Notes under the pieces: generated by a model
The model's input: the letters and a program-made list of their open reading frames with translations, nothing else
Databases searched by the model: none
Told to the model about the DNA's origin: nothing
Shown: in pieces, positions 12,256 through 24,022 of the stretch
How positions within the stretch are numbered: position 1 is the stretch's first letter
Layout: each line of letters opens with the position of its first letter
Program-made: the position numbers and the translations under genes
Source: Schizosaccharomyces osmophilus
Taxonomy: Eukaryota
Direction of reading: 5' to 3'
Assembly (NCBI RefSeq): GCF_027921745.1
Contig: NC_079238.1
Span: 2,914,001 to 2,978,000, forward strand
DNA length: 64,000 nucleotides

Positions 12256-13584
12256 ATGCTGCAGTTATTCGTTTACGGTCCAGGACTAGGCTTACCAAGT
12301 TTAGATCCAAGTTGTTTAGCAGCAATTTTGTACTGTTCACTTGCTGTTCCTAAGGATGAGTTTGCGATTTATCAGACCGCAAATGCCAGTATGAGTCCGA
12401 CACAAAAGCTCCCCGCTTTATGGGACGGACGTGCGTGGGTAGGATCGTTAAAAAACGTTTTATTTTATTTGAAACAAAAAGGATACAATTTGGACAATCA
12501 ATTAGACAAGGATGCCCTCAGTAAGATTAACGCCTTTTCCTGCCTTTTAGAGAGAAATGCTTATGATCTATGGCTCTTTAAAGCCTACGTATGTGAAGAT
12601 AATTATGTTCGTGTCATGCGTCCCGAGTGGTCCAAGGTGCTCGGATTCCCTTTCAACTATATGACTCCTAATGCGTTTCAAAAACATGCAAAAGAACGCC
12701 TAAACTTAACACTTGGAATTAATGAAGACAAACTGTCTTATGAAGCTTCAAAAATGCCCATCTCCCATAGATGGACAAACGCCTCCCGCCAAAAGCAAGC
12801 ACTGTTACAAGCCCAAGCTTTTCGAATCAGAATCTCTTCTCTTGCTCGACATCTTTATGGCTCTTTGGAACTACTAGTAGGAGATTCTGAATTTTTATTT
12901 GGCGAACATCCTACCTCTCTTGATTGTCTCCTCTATGCGTTTCTCTCTTTTCATACCCTTACCGAAAACTTTGATCAATTAACCTTACGAAGCACAATGC
13001 AATCGTCCGCACCAAAATTATTTCATTTGCTAGAATCCTTAAAAACAAAATGGTTTCCGTCTAATGAACAAGACGGCTTGCTTTCCAGCGTTTCCATCGA
13101 AAAGCAACCTCAAAACCTTCTAGCTGTAGCACGAGTTGCATGGAACAATGTGTCTAAAAAAATTCACGAAACCAAGAATTCATTTCAGAATGTTTCTATT
13201 TCTTCTGAAAAGCAATTATCGTTGGCTAGAAATGGGTTTTTCATCCTAGCTTCCACCTTTGGTTTTGTTTGGTTCGTCTTAGCAAATGGCATAGTAGTCA
13301 TTGAGAGTGAGGAAGACGTAGATTTGGATACTTCAAGAGATGAATCATCCTCTGCTCTGGATACTGACGTTCGCTCCAGAGAAGTAGAGCAACGTTTGGA
13401 TGACAATACCAGAGACGAAGCTCCTCCAGAGGCAGAAGAAATAAATGCTTCATCTATGTCAGCAGAAGATCTTTTATTTGGTTTTGAAGGCGAAAATGAA
13501 GACGATGATGGTGACTGGGAAGAGGAGGAAATGGATGATGAAGAGGAAGAGGATTTCGATGAAGCTGATGCTGATATAGCTTGA
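12256..13584 (+). CDS. mtx1: Metaxin / Sam37 family mitochondrial outer-membrane SAM subunit
   Basis: [30 protein letters not shown] (GST-like metaxin fold); C-terminal TM and acidic tail. Confidence 0.88.
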   Translation: MLQLFVYGPGLGLPSLDPSCLAAILYCSLAVPKDEFAIYQTANASMSPTQKLPALWDGRAWVGSLKNVLFYLKQKGYNLDNQLDKDALSKINAFSCLLERNAYDLWLFKAYVCEDNYVRVMRPEWSKVLGFPFNYMTPNAFQKHAKERLNLTLGINEDKLSYEASKMPISHRWTNASRQKQALLQAQAFRIRISSLARHLYGSLELLVGDSEFLFGEHPTSLDCLLYAFLSFHTLTENFDQLTLRSTMQSSAPKLFHLLESLKTKWFPSNEQDGLLSSVSIEKQPQNLLAVARVAWNNVSKKIHETKNSFQNVSISSEKQLSLARNGFFILASTFGFVWFVLANGIVVIESEEDVDLDTSRDESSSALDTDVRSREVEQRLDDNTRDEAPPEAEEINASSMSAEDLLFGFEGENEDDDGDWEEEEMDDEEEEDFDEADADIA

Positions 13585-13819
13585 TTGAAAGTTATGGAAC
13601 AGAAAACATCTCCTTTTTGGGGTATGACAGATTTTGGGTTAGTATTACTTAATTTTAATAAGAGCAGCAATCGTATGAATAAATAATTTTTTAAGTCATC
13701 ATCAGTTATAAAATAAATACGTATATTATGCGCTATAATCATTAATTATTCATGCTTAAAAAGAGTGTACTGGATGATTCGAGAAATAAACCTGACTTGC
13801 TATAAGTGTCAGTGGCATT

Positions 13820-14748
13820 CTAAACCATTTCTTCTACCACTCGTCTGCTGTCCAAGTTACCCTCATCAATTTCAAGTTGAGCGTATGGAATGTTAGCAAG
13901 AGCGTCATTTAAAGGAGGGAAAGTTTGACGATAACAAACGTATGCAATGGTCATTCCCAGAAAACCGCCAACGACAATATCTTCTACGTGATGACGGTAA
14001 TCCTCATTACGGCTAATACCTATCCAGGTAGCGAGCATCAATGGTAGAATAGGCATTACAATCGCCCAGGAAGAAGTCTTTTTGCGAAACATCCTCAATT
14101 GAGAGGCAATGATCAAGGAGAGATATCCAAGTCCTGCGAAAGAAAAAGCCGTATGGCCAGAAGGAAAGGATCGTAATCCATCTTGCAGAGTATGACTCTC
14201 CCAAGATGTAGTACAAACATGGAGATCCACCAACCCGGTATGGGGAGATGAACTAAGAGGATCACAGCGAGCTATAAAGTCTGGGCGAGGTCTTCCCACT
14301 GTGTTTTTAATGACGGTTACGATGAGACCAGAAATCATGGTGGAGTAAAGTAAACCCATCAAGCTCTTCCAGAATAGAAGAGGACTTTTTCTGAATCTAC
14401 CAAATCCATAAAGAATTAAGCCAGGTAAGGGAAGGGTAATTAGCTGAAAAATAAAAAGGTCAGTCGGTAAACAAAAGAAAGGAGAGGAGGAGCATATCGT
14501 TCAATGGTATGACTCCAAGAATGCAACTAAGATAAACTTACCCCTAGGTACATTGTAGGTACTCGTTCATGTTTAGCATGAGGGTGAGAAATTGTTAAAT
14601 CATCCAAAGAGAATTGCCTCTGAAAGGGAAGCATTGTAACATCCATAATGAAATAACACAACGAAACCAGAAGCAATACCGCATAATCTCCATAAAGGAT
14701 CCATAATTCTTTCATTTTTTCATAATGTTCTCTAATTTCAACAGACAT
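13820..14748 (-). CDS. PAP2 family phosphatidic acid / diacylglycerol pyrophosphate phosphatase (Dpp1-like), 2 exons
   Basis: KNTVGRPRP, SFPSGH, SRNEDYRHHVED catalytic motifs; intron 14444-14541 (GTAAGT..CTGAC..CAG). Confidence 0.92.
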
Positions 14749-15783
14749 GTTGGCAATATCGCACGAATTGCCAGGTGTGTAAGTGGAAAGGAGTCTATAT
14801 CAAGTATGAAGTAAAGTCTTGGATGTACATAGAAGGAAGCTTTGAAACCATCTTTTGTATAAGAAATTTTAAAAACAATAAAACTAAATTTTGAAATCAT
14901 CTTTTTTGAAAACACAAAGGATTTCCATTCGAGCCATTCTGGCTATGTTATTACTAGTTTTCCAAATAATGCATCGTAAGCTTACATCCACGGACATGCC
15001 ATTTGCTAACTCCATTTACCTTTGAAGTTCCTTTGACACATTACCATTTACGTGTTTGCTTGGTCTGACAAACTGAGTCGAAAATTCTTACCCTCCCAAT
15101 CTACTTCTTACTAGAAGTAGAATGAACGAATGCAAAAGTCTGTATAATTTGATGAGAAATATTAAAAATAATTTACCAAAGAATTGATTAATATAATGTT
15201 GAAAGAACACCCGCAAGCTCCTTTATTACATTCTCTTGCCCATCTCAACAGCAATTCCCTTAAAGTTTCCAGTATAGACCCTTCCAACCAAAGGATTCTA
15301 GAGAAAAATATTGAAATAAAAACATTAATTCATCCTTGGCTTATTCCTTAGTTGAAGAGAAACTAAATATCTCTTTGCTAGCTTGTAAACAAACCAACTG
15401 TATTTAAGCTCACCTTAAACGAAAGAGCTTAAAGACCGATTTTTTCAATTCCTTCTATAGTAGATGAAGATGGAAACTATCGCATCGCATAAATTAACAA
15501 TATGAAAACAAAGAAATCTTTTCGCAAGGAAAAGCAACACTGAACTTCGACCTTTCCAAAGTAAAACAGAGCCCTTCAAAAAGTCGCTTAGTTCGATAGC
15601 TTTTACCTTATAAAGTAGTCATATCTTTGCAGGTATATACGTATAATGATGTTGTCATTAAAATATATATCGCACTTCTTTTTTCCTTCTTCTAGAAGAC
15701 ATCTCCGGTTTAATAACTGGTTTTAAAAGAATTTCAAATTGAACAACGTCTTGCTTTCAGTTTTTCGACCTCTACGTAGCAAC

Positions 15784-16455
15784 ATGAAATGTTCATTGAT
15801 TGTTGGCTCACGTAAAGAGGCCATCGCAATTAATGGTACACCAAATTTTGTAAAGTCAAAACACTTTGAGGGACGGGTAAAGGTACGACTCCGGCACTAT
15901 GAAGTTCTGGATCACGAGTATTTCTCAAAATCCAACGATACATGCTCTATTATGATTGCTGGAAGGTTTCTTCCTACGCAAGGTGCATTAACAGCCGACG
16001 ATATTTTGTTTGGTAATCAATTTGAGAAACCCTTAAGAGATATTCTTCCAACTGGATCCTCTTACATGATGAAGGGCCTCAAGCTGGTAGACCCAGCGAT
16101 TGAGTATGATTTGTACTGTGATCAACCATGGGCATTTTCTCCATTTTATGCGACTATGACAAGGCTTAAAATGGCCAATGCTCAACCGCCTTTGGAGTAT
16201 TTTTACGAAGATTCTTCGGAAAGAAGGAAGGAAATGCAAGATCCTGAAAACCGAAAGAAATTACCGATAAAACCAAACCAATACTTCATCGCTGACTTTT
16301 GTAATCCATTTTTTGACCCTAGTTCCATGAGCGTCTCCGTTCCATATACCGGATTGAAGTTTTCTGTCAAAAGTTATTATTCCGGTCAACCTTTGCGATA
16401 TGTTTGCAAAACTCGGGCAGGGGAACCAATTTTTGCTATAGAGTTTGATTTGTAA
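15784..16455 (+). CDS. DUF1769 family conserved fungal protein
   Basis: FEGRVKVRLR, DDILFGNQFEKP, YDLYCDQPWAFSP, DFCNPFFD, QPLRYVCK; first ATG at 15784; synteny. Confidence 0.8.
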   Translation: MKCSLIVGSRKEAIAINGTPNFVKSKHFEGRVKVRLRHYEVLDHEYFSKSNDTCSIMIAGRFLPTQGALTADDILFGNQFEKPLRDILPTGSSYMMKGLKLVDPAIEYDLYCDQPWAFSPFYATMTRLKMANAQPPLEYFYEDSSERRKEMQDPENRKKLPIKPNQYFIADFCNPFFDPSSMSVSVPYTGLKFSVKSYYSGQPLRYVCKTRAGEPIFAIEFDL

Positions 16456-16521
16456 ATATGAAACAGAAGGACTATATATCTTTGAGCAGCTGATACCTAG
16501 TCATTTATCTCGTTGATTCAA

Positions 16522-16525
<4 letters not shown>

Positions 16526-16558
<33 letters not shown>
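16526..16558. repeat. (AG)16 microsatellite
   Basis: Seen directly. Confidence 0.95.
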
Positions 16559-16563
<5 letters not shown>

Positions 16564-16849
16564 AAAATATGTTTCATTTTGTTCCGACGGTCTTTGACAG
16601 GAAATGATAAAAATAGATAGTTATAAGATTACATTATAGTTCAAACAGAGTAACTCTTCAATACTCCAATAGTCTTTGTTCTTCTGTCTTTGTTTCACTT
16701 AACTTTCATTAAGCCGGTTTTGTCTGTCAATTGTAGCTTTTCCTTTTTTTTCTTTTCATTTAAATCCTATTCAAGCTTGTGTTCACTTGTATAGAAATTA
16801 CTCAAAACATGCCCAATTTCCTATACACGCGGTTCATCAATCCGTTTCC

Positions 16850-17275
16850 ATGAATACCACAGACAAAATTGTTCGATTGCGGCACAATTTAAAATGTCAT
16901 GTTCGAATTCACTTTAATAAGAAATATCCCGTAGACATCAATGATTTGTTATTCTCTACCCAGCGGGACTTACACGCGGTTGCTTTTTTAAATCAAGGAA
17001 ATGTTCGCACAGTTTATGGTAAGCAAACGAGTGCAATGGCAAAGATTGAAATTATACTAATAATGGCTACAGATGGAAAAGTAATAGACGTGTATTCCGA
17101 AGCTGTGCAAGGACATGCATTGGTGGAAATAGGTCGAAAATTTGTGCAGCCAAAAGAACCACAAGATGAAGAAGACAAAGACCAGAAGCCAACGTTGGAA
17201 CTTCAGTATCAAGGCTCAATGTCAAACAAAGTCGTTCATGTCGCCGTGAAGGGCGCTCTTTCGTCTTCGTCTTGA
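16850..17275 (+). CDS. saw1: Single-strand-annealing recombination protein Saw1 (probable)
   Basis: In-frame ATG at 16850 (MNTTDKIVRL...HVRIHF; C-terminal QKPTLELQYQG); syntenic position between the DUF1769 gene and tsr2. Confidence 0.65.
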   Translation: MNTTDKIVRLRHNLKCHVRIHFNKKYPVDINDLLFSTQRDLHAVAFLNQGNVRTVYGKQTSAMAKIEIILIMATDGKVIDVYSEAVQGHALVEIGRKFVQPKEPQDEEDKDQKPTLELQYQGSMSNKVVHVAVKGALSSSS

Positions 17276-17614
17276 TCAGCAAGCCCACAAATACTTTTCA
17301 ATGCAACAAACAGTAGCTGTGAAAAATAAAAATAAAAACCGGAATGACTACTTTACTACTATTTATGGTTATGATTGCTCGCCATATCATGACTTACATA
17401 ACAAAAATATATCAAAATATGAACCTTGTAAAGAATATTTTATTCCATTCCACCCTTGAACCATTATACCGTTATAATTTTTCTTTTCTCTATAGACCAA
17501 AACATAGCAAAAAACAGAGCACGAAATACTGTAGCCGCTACTCTCTATAAATATGCTGCACCAAAATGGAATACCTTGAAAAGCATCCATTCAAGTGAAT
17601 AAGTATTTTCTTCT

Positions 17615-18252
17615 TTAACGTTTACGTTGAACAACAGTGAAACCATCGTCGTCAACAGTTGGAGCCTTTGATTCTTTTTGAGCAGGCTCCGCAACGTCTT
17701 CCTGCATCGATGGTTCTCCTTCGACAAGTTCAGGAACACCAGACTCTGAAGGTTTCGAAGTTTTATTGTTTTCTCTCTCTTGCTTTTCAACCATTGGCTT
17801 TCCTAAACGTTCATGGATGTCACGAATGGGATCAAAGTTGTCTTCCAAGGTCGCTTGCCAGATACGGTGCAAATCTTGAGCTAACTAGAAATGAAGCAAT
17901 TAGTATTTGAAGCTAAAAATGACTTGAAAGAGGGGAAAAGGAATGACATCCATTCTCAAAACCAATTTGCTAGCTAGCTACTTACAATGTAAGGAGAGTC
18001 GTCTTCAACAGAACCCACGTTAAACTCGTCCTGGAGAATTTGTAAAATGAGTTCTTCAATATCCCAAGGATCAACGTCTTTTGCAGAGCAGATATAGTCT
18101 ACTAGTGCTCCGGCCATCCAGTCTCGCTTGTCAGCTGTATCGACATCTGCCCATTCTTCTGCGACAGCTTGTCTCATGATGGGCCAGCAGCACACTAAAA
18201 CACCAGCAGCATATTCATAATACGTCAACTTCTTTGAAGGATCGTCAAACAT
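17615..18252 (-). CDS. tsr2: Pre-rRNA processing protein Tsr2, 2 exons
   Basis: WPIMRQAVAEEW, DKRDW, DEFNV...EDDS, C-terminal VDDDGFTVV; intron 17885-17985. Confidence 0.92.
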
Positions 18253-18337
18253 GGCGAAGGATGTATTTGAACTTTCAACTTTGGTAACTTTTTACTTCCA
18301 AAAAATGCACTACCAATCGTTGAATAGGTTTACCGAA

Positions 18338-18416
18338 TGTGACTTTATGTGCTTATTATAGATTGCACAGACAAACGAAGTATGGTAACATGCTTAGTGT
18401 GGCATTTTCAGTCACA
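18338..18416. promoter_or_regulatory. HomolD box(es) in the divergent tsr2/mrps17 promoter
   Basis: Perfect CAGTCACA at 18409-18416 and inverted near-match TGTGACTT at 18338-18345. HomolD is the fission-yeast ribosomal-protein promoter element. Confidence 0.7.
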
Positions 18417-18517
18417 GTAATCTGTAGTGGAAACCAAGTTGAGAACTCTTTGGCCGAGTTGGCATTTCTTGTTTCTTTCTGAATTTCCAAAAGCTAAGTA
18501 GTTTTTTGGTCGAGAAA

Positions 18518-18814
18518 ATGAAGTTGAATTACTTTGGAATTGTTATCTCAAATTTTATGCCAAAAACGGCAAAAGTACGCGTTGCAAAAGAAAAGTTCCA
18601 TCCAGTCATCAAAAAATATGTAACAAAATACCAAAACTATATGGTACAGGATGATCGTGGATGTGGAGTTGGTGATGCTGTAGTTATTCAGCCTTGCAGA
18701 CCGCGTTCTGCGACAAAGAGATTCGAAATTATAAAAATACTACAAGAAGCAAATCGCGTTTCTCCCAATGCGTTTTCTACATCCAACGAGACACCAACTG
18801 AATTAAAATCATAA
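18518..18814 (+). CDS. mrps17: Mitochondrial ribosomal protein S17 (uS17m)
   Basis: GIVIS.FMPKTAKVRV, FHPVIKKY, VGDAVVIQPCRPRSATKRF. Confidence 0.92.
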   Translation: MKLNYFGIVISNFMPKTAKVRVAKEKFHPVIKKYVTKYQNYMVQDDRGCGVGDAVVIQPCRPRSATKRFEIIKILQEANRVSPNAFSTSNETPTELKS

Positions 18815-19397
18815 ACTAGCAGAGCTTGAGTACCTTATAAAAGATCCGATCCCCAAAAGTTTTATGTCAATCGTCATGCCTTTGAAGAAACATGAGTAAA
18901 GAGGGCCTGTGGTCCTTAAACAAAGAAGTGTGCCATTGGAGACATCTATCGTACAGGTAAATGATTGATTTGAATTGTAAAAAGCAATTCTATTGTCTGT
19001 TTTCACTTGGCTATCGACTTTGAAATTATTCATTTTTTTGACTCCACAATCGGCATTTTGTAGTTCTTCTACTTTTGCATTTTTAGGATGTATACGAATG
19101 TTTTTCGTACTTTTTTACCTATTCTCTTGACATTCAGATTCAGTTATCTAATGAAGTATGTTAATTAACTAGATTGTTTATAAAAAGTAAAAAGGGCAAG
19201 AGTCCAAACAACAAAACTACTACAGAACAGTTCTTCCAGAGGATAATGAATAAACGATTAAACTTACAAGGTGAAAGAATTATATAATAGTATTCAGGGA
19301 AGGAATCCTAGTTAACTAAAACTTAAACGTTTCATTCAGCAAAAATAGAAGGGATCAAAAATTATTCAAAGGTGATACAAGGGTTCGTTGCTCTCAT

Positions 19398-20114
19398 TTA
19401 ATTACCAAGATTCTTTAGACCCATTTCAACTGCTGCGGAACCCCAGTCATCACCGTGGTTATGGCCGCCATTAAGTCCGGCACGATAAAGGGCTTGCTCT
19501 TCATTCAAAACAGTCAAAAGTCCCAAAATCACAGGAATATTGAAGTCGAGGCCAATTCGCATAAGACCATGGACAACAGCTTCGGAAATGTATTCAAAAT
19601 GCATCGTGGAGCCCTTGATTAAGACACCAATACCGATAACGGCATCATAATGGTTGCTTGCCATGAGAGAACGAATGCCAACGGGCAATTCCCAGCTTCC
19701 GGGAACACTGTTGACGTCGATGTTTTCTGCTTTCACTCCATGATGTTGGATCATTTTGTTCACGGCACCCTTTACCAGAGGCTCGATAGCTTGCAAGTTC
19801 CAGCGAGCATGGACAATGAGAATTCGAAGATCGGGGCCCTAACATGTTAGCAAATGTTGTTTTTACGAAGACTTTGCAAGCAACGTTTTTTCGTCTGTTC
19901 CAAGATTTTTGACTATTGATCTTTGTGCGTCGTCCATTTTTTAAAAGCACAGATACTGCTCTATGCTGCCATTTTCAATTAAGAAAAGAAAGAAAAACAG
20001 TTGAATACAAGGCCTTTCAATTATCCTTCAAGGGAACCGACGAAATGTACATTGAAAAGTACTAGCACTTACTTGAAGATCAGATGGGTTGGGTCCTTTA
20101 ATTCCTTCAAACAT
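19398..20114 (-). CDS. rib4: 6,7-dimethyl-8-ribityllumazine synthase, 2 exons
   Basis: Exon 1 MFEGIKGPNPSDLQ; intron 19839-20072; then LRILIVHARWN, VPGSWELP, IKGSTMHFEYI, NHGDDWG. Confidence 0.96.
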
Positions 20115-20897
20115 TTTTTAGGCAATAAAATAAGTAATGAAATCGTGCGTAAATAGGGTAAAGTTGACAGCAGGGAACCTTTTCAATTGTGCTGAAAGGT
20201 AAAAGTTGATGATCTGTTAATAAGCACAGTGATCTTCAGAACAAGATGATTTAATATCCGTAAAACGATGGTTTGGTTAGTAAGGCGTTGTGAAAAGAGA
20301 AGAACAAAAAAAGAAGGAAAAATAGAAATGGAAATAAAAGATAATTTAGATTAGAAAGCGCTGAACAACAAAAGGGATTAGTCATTACTGTGATTTTACA
20401 GGATTCTTCTCTACCGGTAGAAAGGAGGATACAAGATAAAAAGCTAATGAATAAAATGAGAGAGACAGAAACAGAAAAAAAACTAAAATAAAGAGACCCT
20501 ATATTTAAGCATATCATAAACATTAAGCGTAATAGAAAAGTGTTTGATCACATATAATAGAAAAAGAAACCATGAAAGCATACTGGAAAGGTATCTTCAA
20601 ACTTAATGAAATCGGTTTAAAAGAATAAGAGAAAGAAATTGAAACTGATGTCAGCAACTTTATGATTTTCTGTTCAAATTTTCATGAAACAAGACAAGGG
20701 AATCGGGGAGAAAAATCAATCACCCTCAAATTTGTAGAGATAGTCATAAGCATAGTTGGGCATAAATGATTTCCAATGAATGAGGGCGTATGCTGTCGCC
20801 GCACCCTACACAGAGGTCTTTGTCCTTGGAAGACAAATGAAATAAGAAACTTCCCATCACTTGAATCCCTAAACCGTCGACGGTACAAAAACAACAA

Positions 20898-21245
20898 TTA
20901 AACGATTCGACGTCGATCTAGCCAGCGAGCCCAAACTATAGAAAAAACAGGTTAGTATGTATTCTGCTTTTTCAGAGACATAAAAGGAAAGCCTTTCCCA
21001 TGAATGAAAGCGATAGCTGACGACTGCTTCTATGTATATACGATAGAGATCGAACTTTACGTACCATGGAAAGCGAATTTTCTTCCTAAAAACTTGCCAG
21101 CAATGGGAAATATGACTAGGGACAATAATTGTTCCAACTGCTCTATAGATTCTTTCAAATCATCATCTAATTCACTAGAATAATCATCATCATCAGCATC
21201 AACTTCTGATGCCGCAGGAGAGTTCAAGTGAAGCAAGTCGGTCAT
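20898..21245 (-). CDS. mim2: Mitochondrial outer-membrane insertase subunit Mim2, 2 exons
   Basis: Acidic N-terminus, ESIEQLEQLLSLVIFPIAGKFLGRKFAFH|VWARW; intron 20936-21064 (GTACGT..ACTAAC..TAG). Confidence 0.88.
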
Positions 21246-22132
21246 CCTAGTCAATCAAACCACGAAAGTTGATTTCCAAATCAATCAAGCATAAAAGTGA
21301 AAAATAGCTAAACGAGATATACTCTCCTTGTTTGTATACAGTGATGAAGGGAACACTGACGAAAAATAGCAAATCTTGAACTAACGAGGTGAGTAGTTTA
21401 AAAGCAAAGTCAGGTCAACAAAGCATGGTGCATTATAGTGGATCAGCGTAGTGCCGTCGGGCTTTAATGATAGAAAATTACAAGAAAATATTTATGTTTT
21501 ATGTAAAATCTCTTGCTTGTACACATGCGAAGGGTGTGTGCTCTAACGCAATGTGTCATTTATGAGATGCAATGCTTCAAGATCTTTACGTTTTTAAAGA
21601 ATACTTCAAATTTCGTAGACCACATGTATCTAAAACAAGATTTTTGTTCTTCCAAAAGAAATAGCGAATGCTGTTTTTGTCAAGCACATAGATTTCCACG
21701 CAAAAATAAAACATTTTTGTATGTTCATAGCGCATATTACGAGTGAAATTATTTTTTTTCTCTTTCTTTTACTAAGTTTTCTTTGTCGAGGGAGAACACT
21801 CTTTGTCTTTTATCTGCCTACTGAAGCCATCACTCCTTTACCGCCGGTGAATGCAATCAAAAGGTGATTCCTTCTTTGTTCCATAATTACATATTCGGCA
21901 TTTATTGTAGTTGACTTGTCTGAAACGGTTGACTATTCTTGGTTTTTCTGAAATCTTCAAAACTGTTGATTTGACTGACTTTTGCTGCCTTTTACGACGC
22001 GCGACGTGATCAACATACAGGTGTTTACGTTTACGTTTTAGTTTCAGTTTCAAAGGATCTTTTCTTTTTCTCTATTTAGAAAGAAAAAGAAGCAAAAACA
22101 CTACAATATATGTTTCGGAATGCTGGTTCTAA

Positions 22133-23336
22133 ATGCTTGGAGAAGATGAAGGCATAAACAAGCACTGCACTACTTTGACAAAATGGAATCCTATGTTTAT
22201 TAACGACGTCTACTCTATCGTCTTTAACAACTCTACAATTCGTATGTTTGCTTCTACATCTGCAGGTGGTAGAGAATTGCCGGCATGTTTTATTAACATT
22301 TGCTAGAAAGCATAGGCTTCTGGTTTGGACATCCCATTTGCTGGATACAGATCGTAGGATACGTGGTTTCGTTAGATGTCTATGAAGAAAAATGCATTTG
22401 TATAGGTAGGTGCAAACACTATTATATTCAGGTCGCCGAATCCCTTGTTAACCAGCTCAAAATAAGGGTGAAGCACTTCTCAAACGCATCGTGTAAAATA
22501 TGATATCTAGATTCTCTTACTAACGCTTGTTTCTAGTTGATGATTGCAGTGGGCAAAGTTTGCGCACCGTCTTCTCTCTGCAGGAGAGACGTTCCGAGGC
22601 ACAAAAAGCAAAAGGATTATATCCTGGAACTATTGTTCGCATTGGTGGGAAAATCCAGCGTTCCCGTTCTTTTCAATTGGTTGCCTATAAGTTAGAGTTA
22701 CTTGAGGATCCAAATGCTGAATGGAAGGAATGGCTTCAAAGGATCCATTACAGGAAAAATCTACAGAGAACGCAATCGAGTCTCAAATACGTAAACAATA
22801 AATATGGGGTTCCTTGCAAATCGATCAATTCCAGCAAGCACGCTAAGGTTCTCCTTTCTCACTTGCGCCGATTATGTAAAGCTAATCCAGAGGCTGGCTT
22901 CACTATTGAAGAAGTGCTTGGATTTTTGAAAATACATTACCTGGAGCTTCCTTCCATTCCCATTATAGACGTGGAAAGTCAAAGGATGGAGATGTTACAT
23001 GGGATCGATGAGGAAGCTATACGACTTTCACTTTTATCTCTTGTGCAACATGGGAGAGTTGTATACAAAAAGCCACATAATGTATATCGTTTACTGTATA
23101 GTAAAGATGTGATCAGATTTGTGATGCCGATGATGCCTAGTGGACGTCTTGAGGCCCATCGTGTTTTAGATTTGCTTCGTCAAGGAAATGCCATGTTTCA
23201 AACAGTTCCCATCTACGCTGTTGCTAAACATATTCGAAAGTTTCTTCGGTGCGCCAGGAGTACCTGGGACGAAATAGAGAAGTATGTTTGGGAACTTCAA
23301 AACCATAACTATGTTTTTTCTACCAAGCTAGTGTAA
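22133..23336 (+). CDS. stn1: Telomere CST subunit Stn1 (OB fold plus winged helix), 3 exons
   Basis: TLTKWNPMFINDV / IGFWFGHPICWIQIVG / VDDCSG, DPNAEW; introns 22242-22306 and about 22406-22536. Confidence 0.88.
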
Positions 23337-23627
23337 TTTATGTATTTAAATAAAAAGATCTTAATTTAAAAGAAGAAATCGAAAAAAGCCTCGACATGCA
23401 ATACTAAAATGCCTACATTACATGAAAGACCACAACTTCAATATAACTTCACGTAAACAAATGCGAAATAAACGATCTAATATACTTTTTTGTTTTATTA
23501 TTCATATAAATTACATTCAAAACATTTCCCTCAATCCATAATATAGGACTCCTATTCTCTTTTGTGCCTTCTCTCCTTTTTTTTCCAACCGGATATATAC
23601 CTCTTATTTTCATCTTCATCAAGCTAG

Positions 23628-23731
23628 TTACGCGTGGCGCAATGGTAGCGCACCTCATTCCTACTCGGTTTAGAAGCTGACCTGGAATCTGAATAATGAG
23701 GAGGCTGCGGGTTCGAGTCCCGTCGTGTAAG
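23628..23731 (+). tRNA. tRNA-Arg(CCU) with a 32-nt intron (23664-23695)
   Basis: Acceptor TTACGCG/CGTGTAA, D arm GCGC/GCGC, anticodon stem CCTCA/TGAGG with loop TT-CCT-A, T arm GCGGG-TTCGAGT-CCCGT. T5 terminator at 23737 and TATA-like element about 30 nt upstream. Confidence 0.92.
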
Positions 23732-24022
23732 TTAAATTTTTGGCTTTTTTTTATTTGATGAAAACGTAGTTTCATAATATTATCAAAACATTTACAATTA
23801 AAAATAACTTACTTCAATTGAATCATCCGAAGAAATACATTATTTCATTATAAACAATAGTCAAAATTACCATCTCAAACAAGTAAAAACCTCCCAGTAA
23901 AGCTAAGTACTAAACTTCTAATCCTATTATTATTGTCGCAATTCATTGCTTTATAGTTCTTTCCATAAAACCTAATAGTTTCTGAATGAATCGCAGACAT
24001 CGTAGTCCACTTCCTCAAGAAT

